Shown here one piece after another: positions 63,630 to 64,000 of a stretch of DNA of 64,000 nt. Below the pieces are notes generated by a model that had not been told where the DNA came from, did no database searches, and saw only the letters and a program-made list of their open reading frames with translations. The position numbers were made by a program, and so were the translations under genes. Every line of letters begins with the position of its first letter. The stretch's first letter is position 1. Source of the DNA: Lingula anatina (Eukaryota > Animalia > Brachiopoda); contig CM120648.1 in assembly GCA_051362555.1 (NCBI GenBank), forward strand, positions 16,364,587 to 16,428,586, read 5' to 3'.

Positions 63630-64000
63630 AACAATATCTACACTTACTGGCACTCAAAGAAATTTACTTGTACTCAATAACTTTCTACACATTTCATTCA
63701 GTTTACATTGTTTTGTAATTGACGAAAGTGTATGTCATTTGCTTTACAACATACACCCCTTCTTCAAAAGAATTCGTCCTCGAATTCTAAAACTTTACAA
63801 CATAATCAATCAGAAATCTTTAAACACAAGAAGGAACGAGGCTAATTCTTGGCGTAAAATGCCCCGTAATTTCGTATCCTGGGGGGAGGGGGCGCAATAG
63901 ACCACGTTCTCCCCCCCCCCTCTCCCGTTTCGGGGGGTGTGGGGAGTTATCCTTCTCTTCCTTCCACAACAGTAAAAACGTACAAGATGAGACTTATTCA
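63567..64000 (-). mobile_element. Inverted Gypsy 3' segment: internal 3' region, polypurine tract and first 185 bp of a 3' LTR
   Basis: 63567-63751 is the reverse complement of 62119-62303; on the minus strand it is preceded by GAAGAAGGGGTGTA, a PPT-like tract. Confidence 0.82.

Noticed and set aside
62119-63751. A TIR-bounded Gag-carrying DNA transposon (Ginger-like TGT...ACA ends)
   Set aside because: No TSD (ATAAT versus TACAC), and the right repeat adjoins a PPT-like tract, so it is better read as an inverted 3' LTR.

Overview
AT-rich, intron-containing animal genomic DNA. Gene and repeat content suggests a marine invertebrate, probably a mollusc or other lophotrochozoan (inference only). 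I reconstructed five host genes by hand from splice sites and reading frame: an intronless FMRFamide-receptor-like class A GPCR (+), a 13-exon secreted heme peroxidase (+, ~721 aa), a 4-exon secreted PAN/apple plus C-type lectin (+, ~254 aa), a 14-exon 6-phosphogluconate dehydrogenase PGD (-, ~484 aa) and, head-to-head with PGD, a 5-exon MRPL20 (+, ~146 aa). The rest is dense with mobile DNA: several MITE families with recognisable TIRs and TSDs, two LINE fragments, a decayed Tc1 transposase, minisatellites and a young Gypsy LTR element. The most unusual structures are (i) four decoy copies of the PGD terminal splice acceptor, each followed by an in-frame stop, plus a copy of the PGD C-terminal coding end in its 3' UTR; (ii) an apparently internally inverted Gypsy element; (iii) a three-level nest of DNA transposons with all TSDs intact; and (iv) template-switch-like palindromes near and inside the peroxidase gene. 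Coordinates were counted by eye and may be off by a few bases; no database searches were run.
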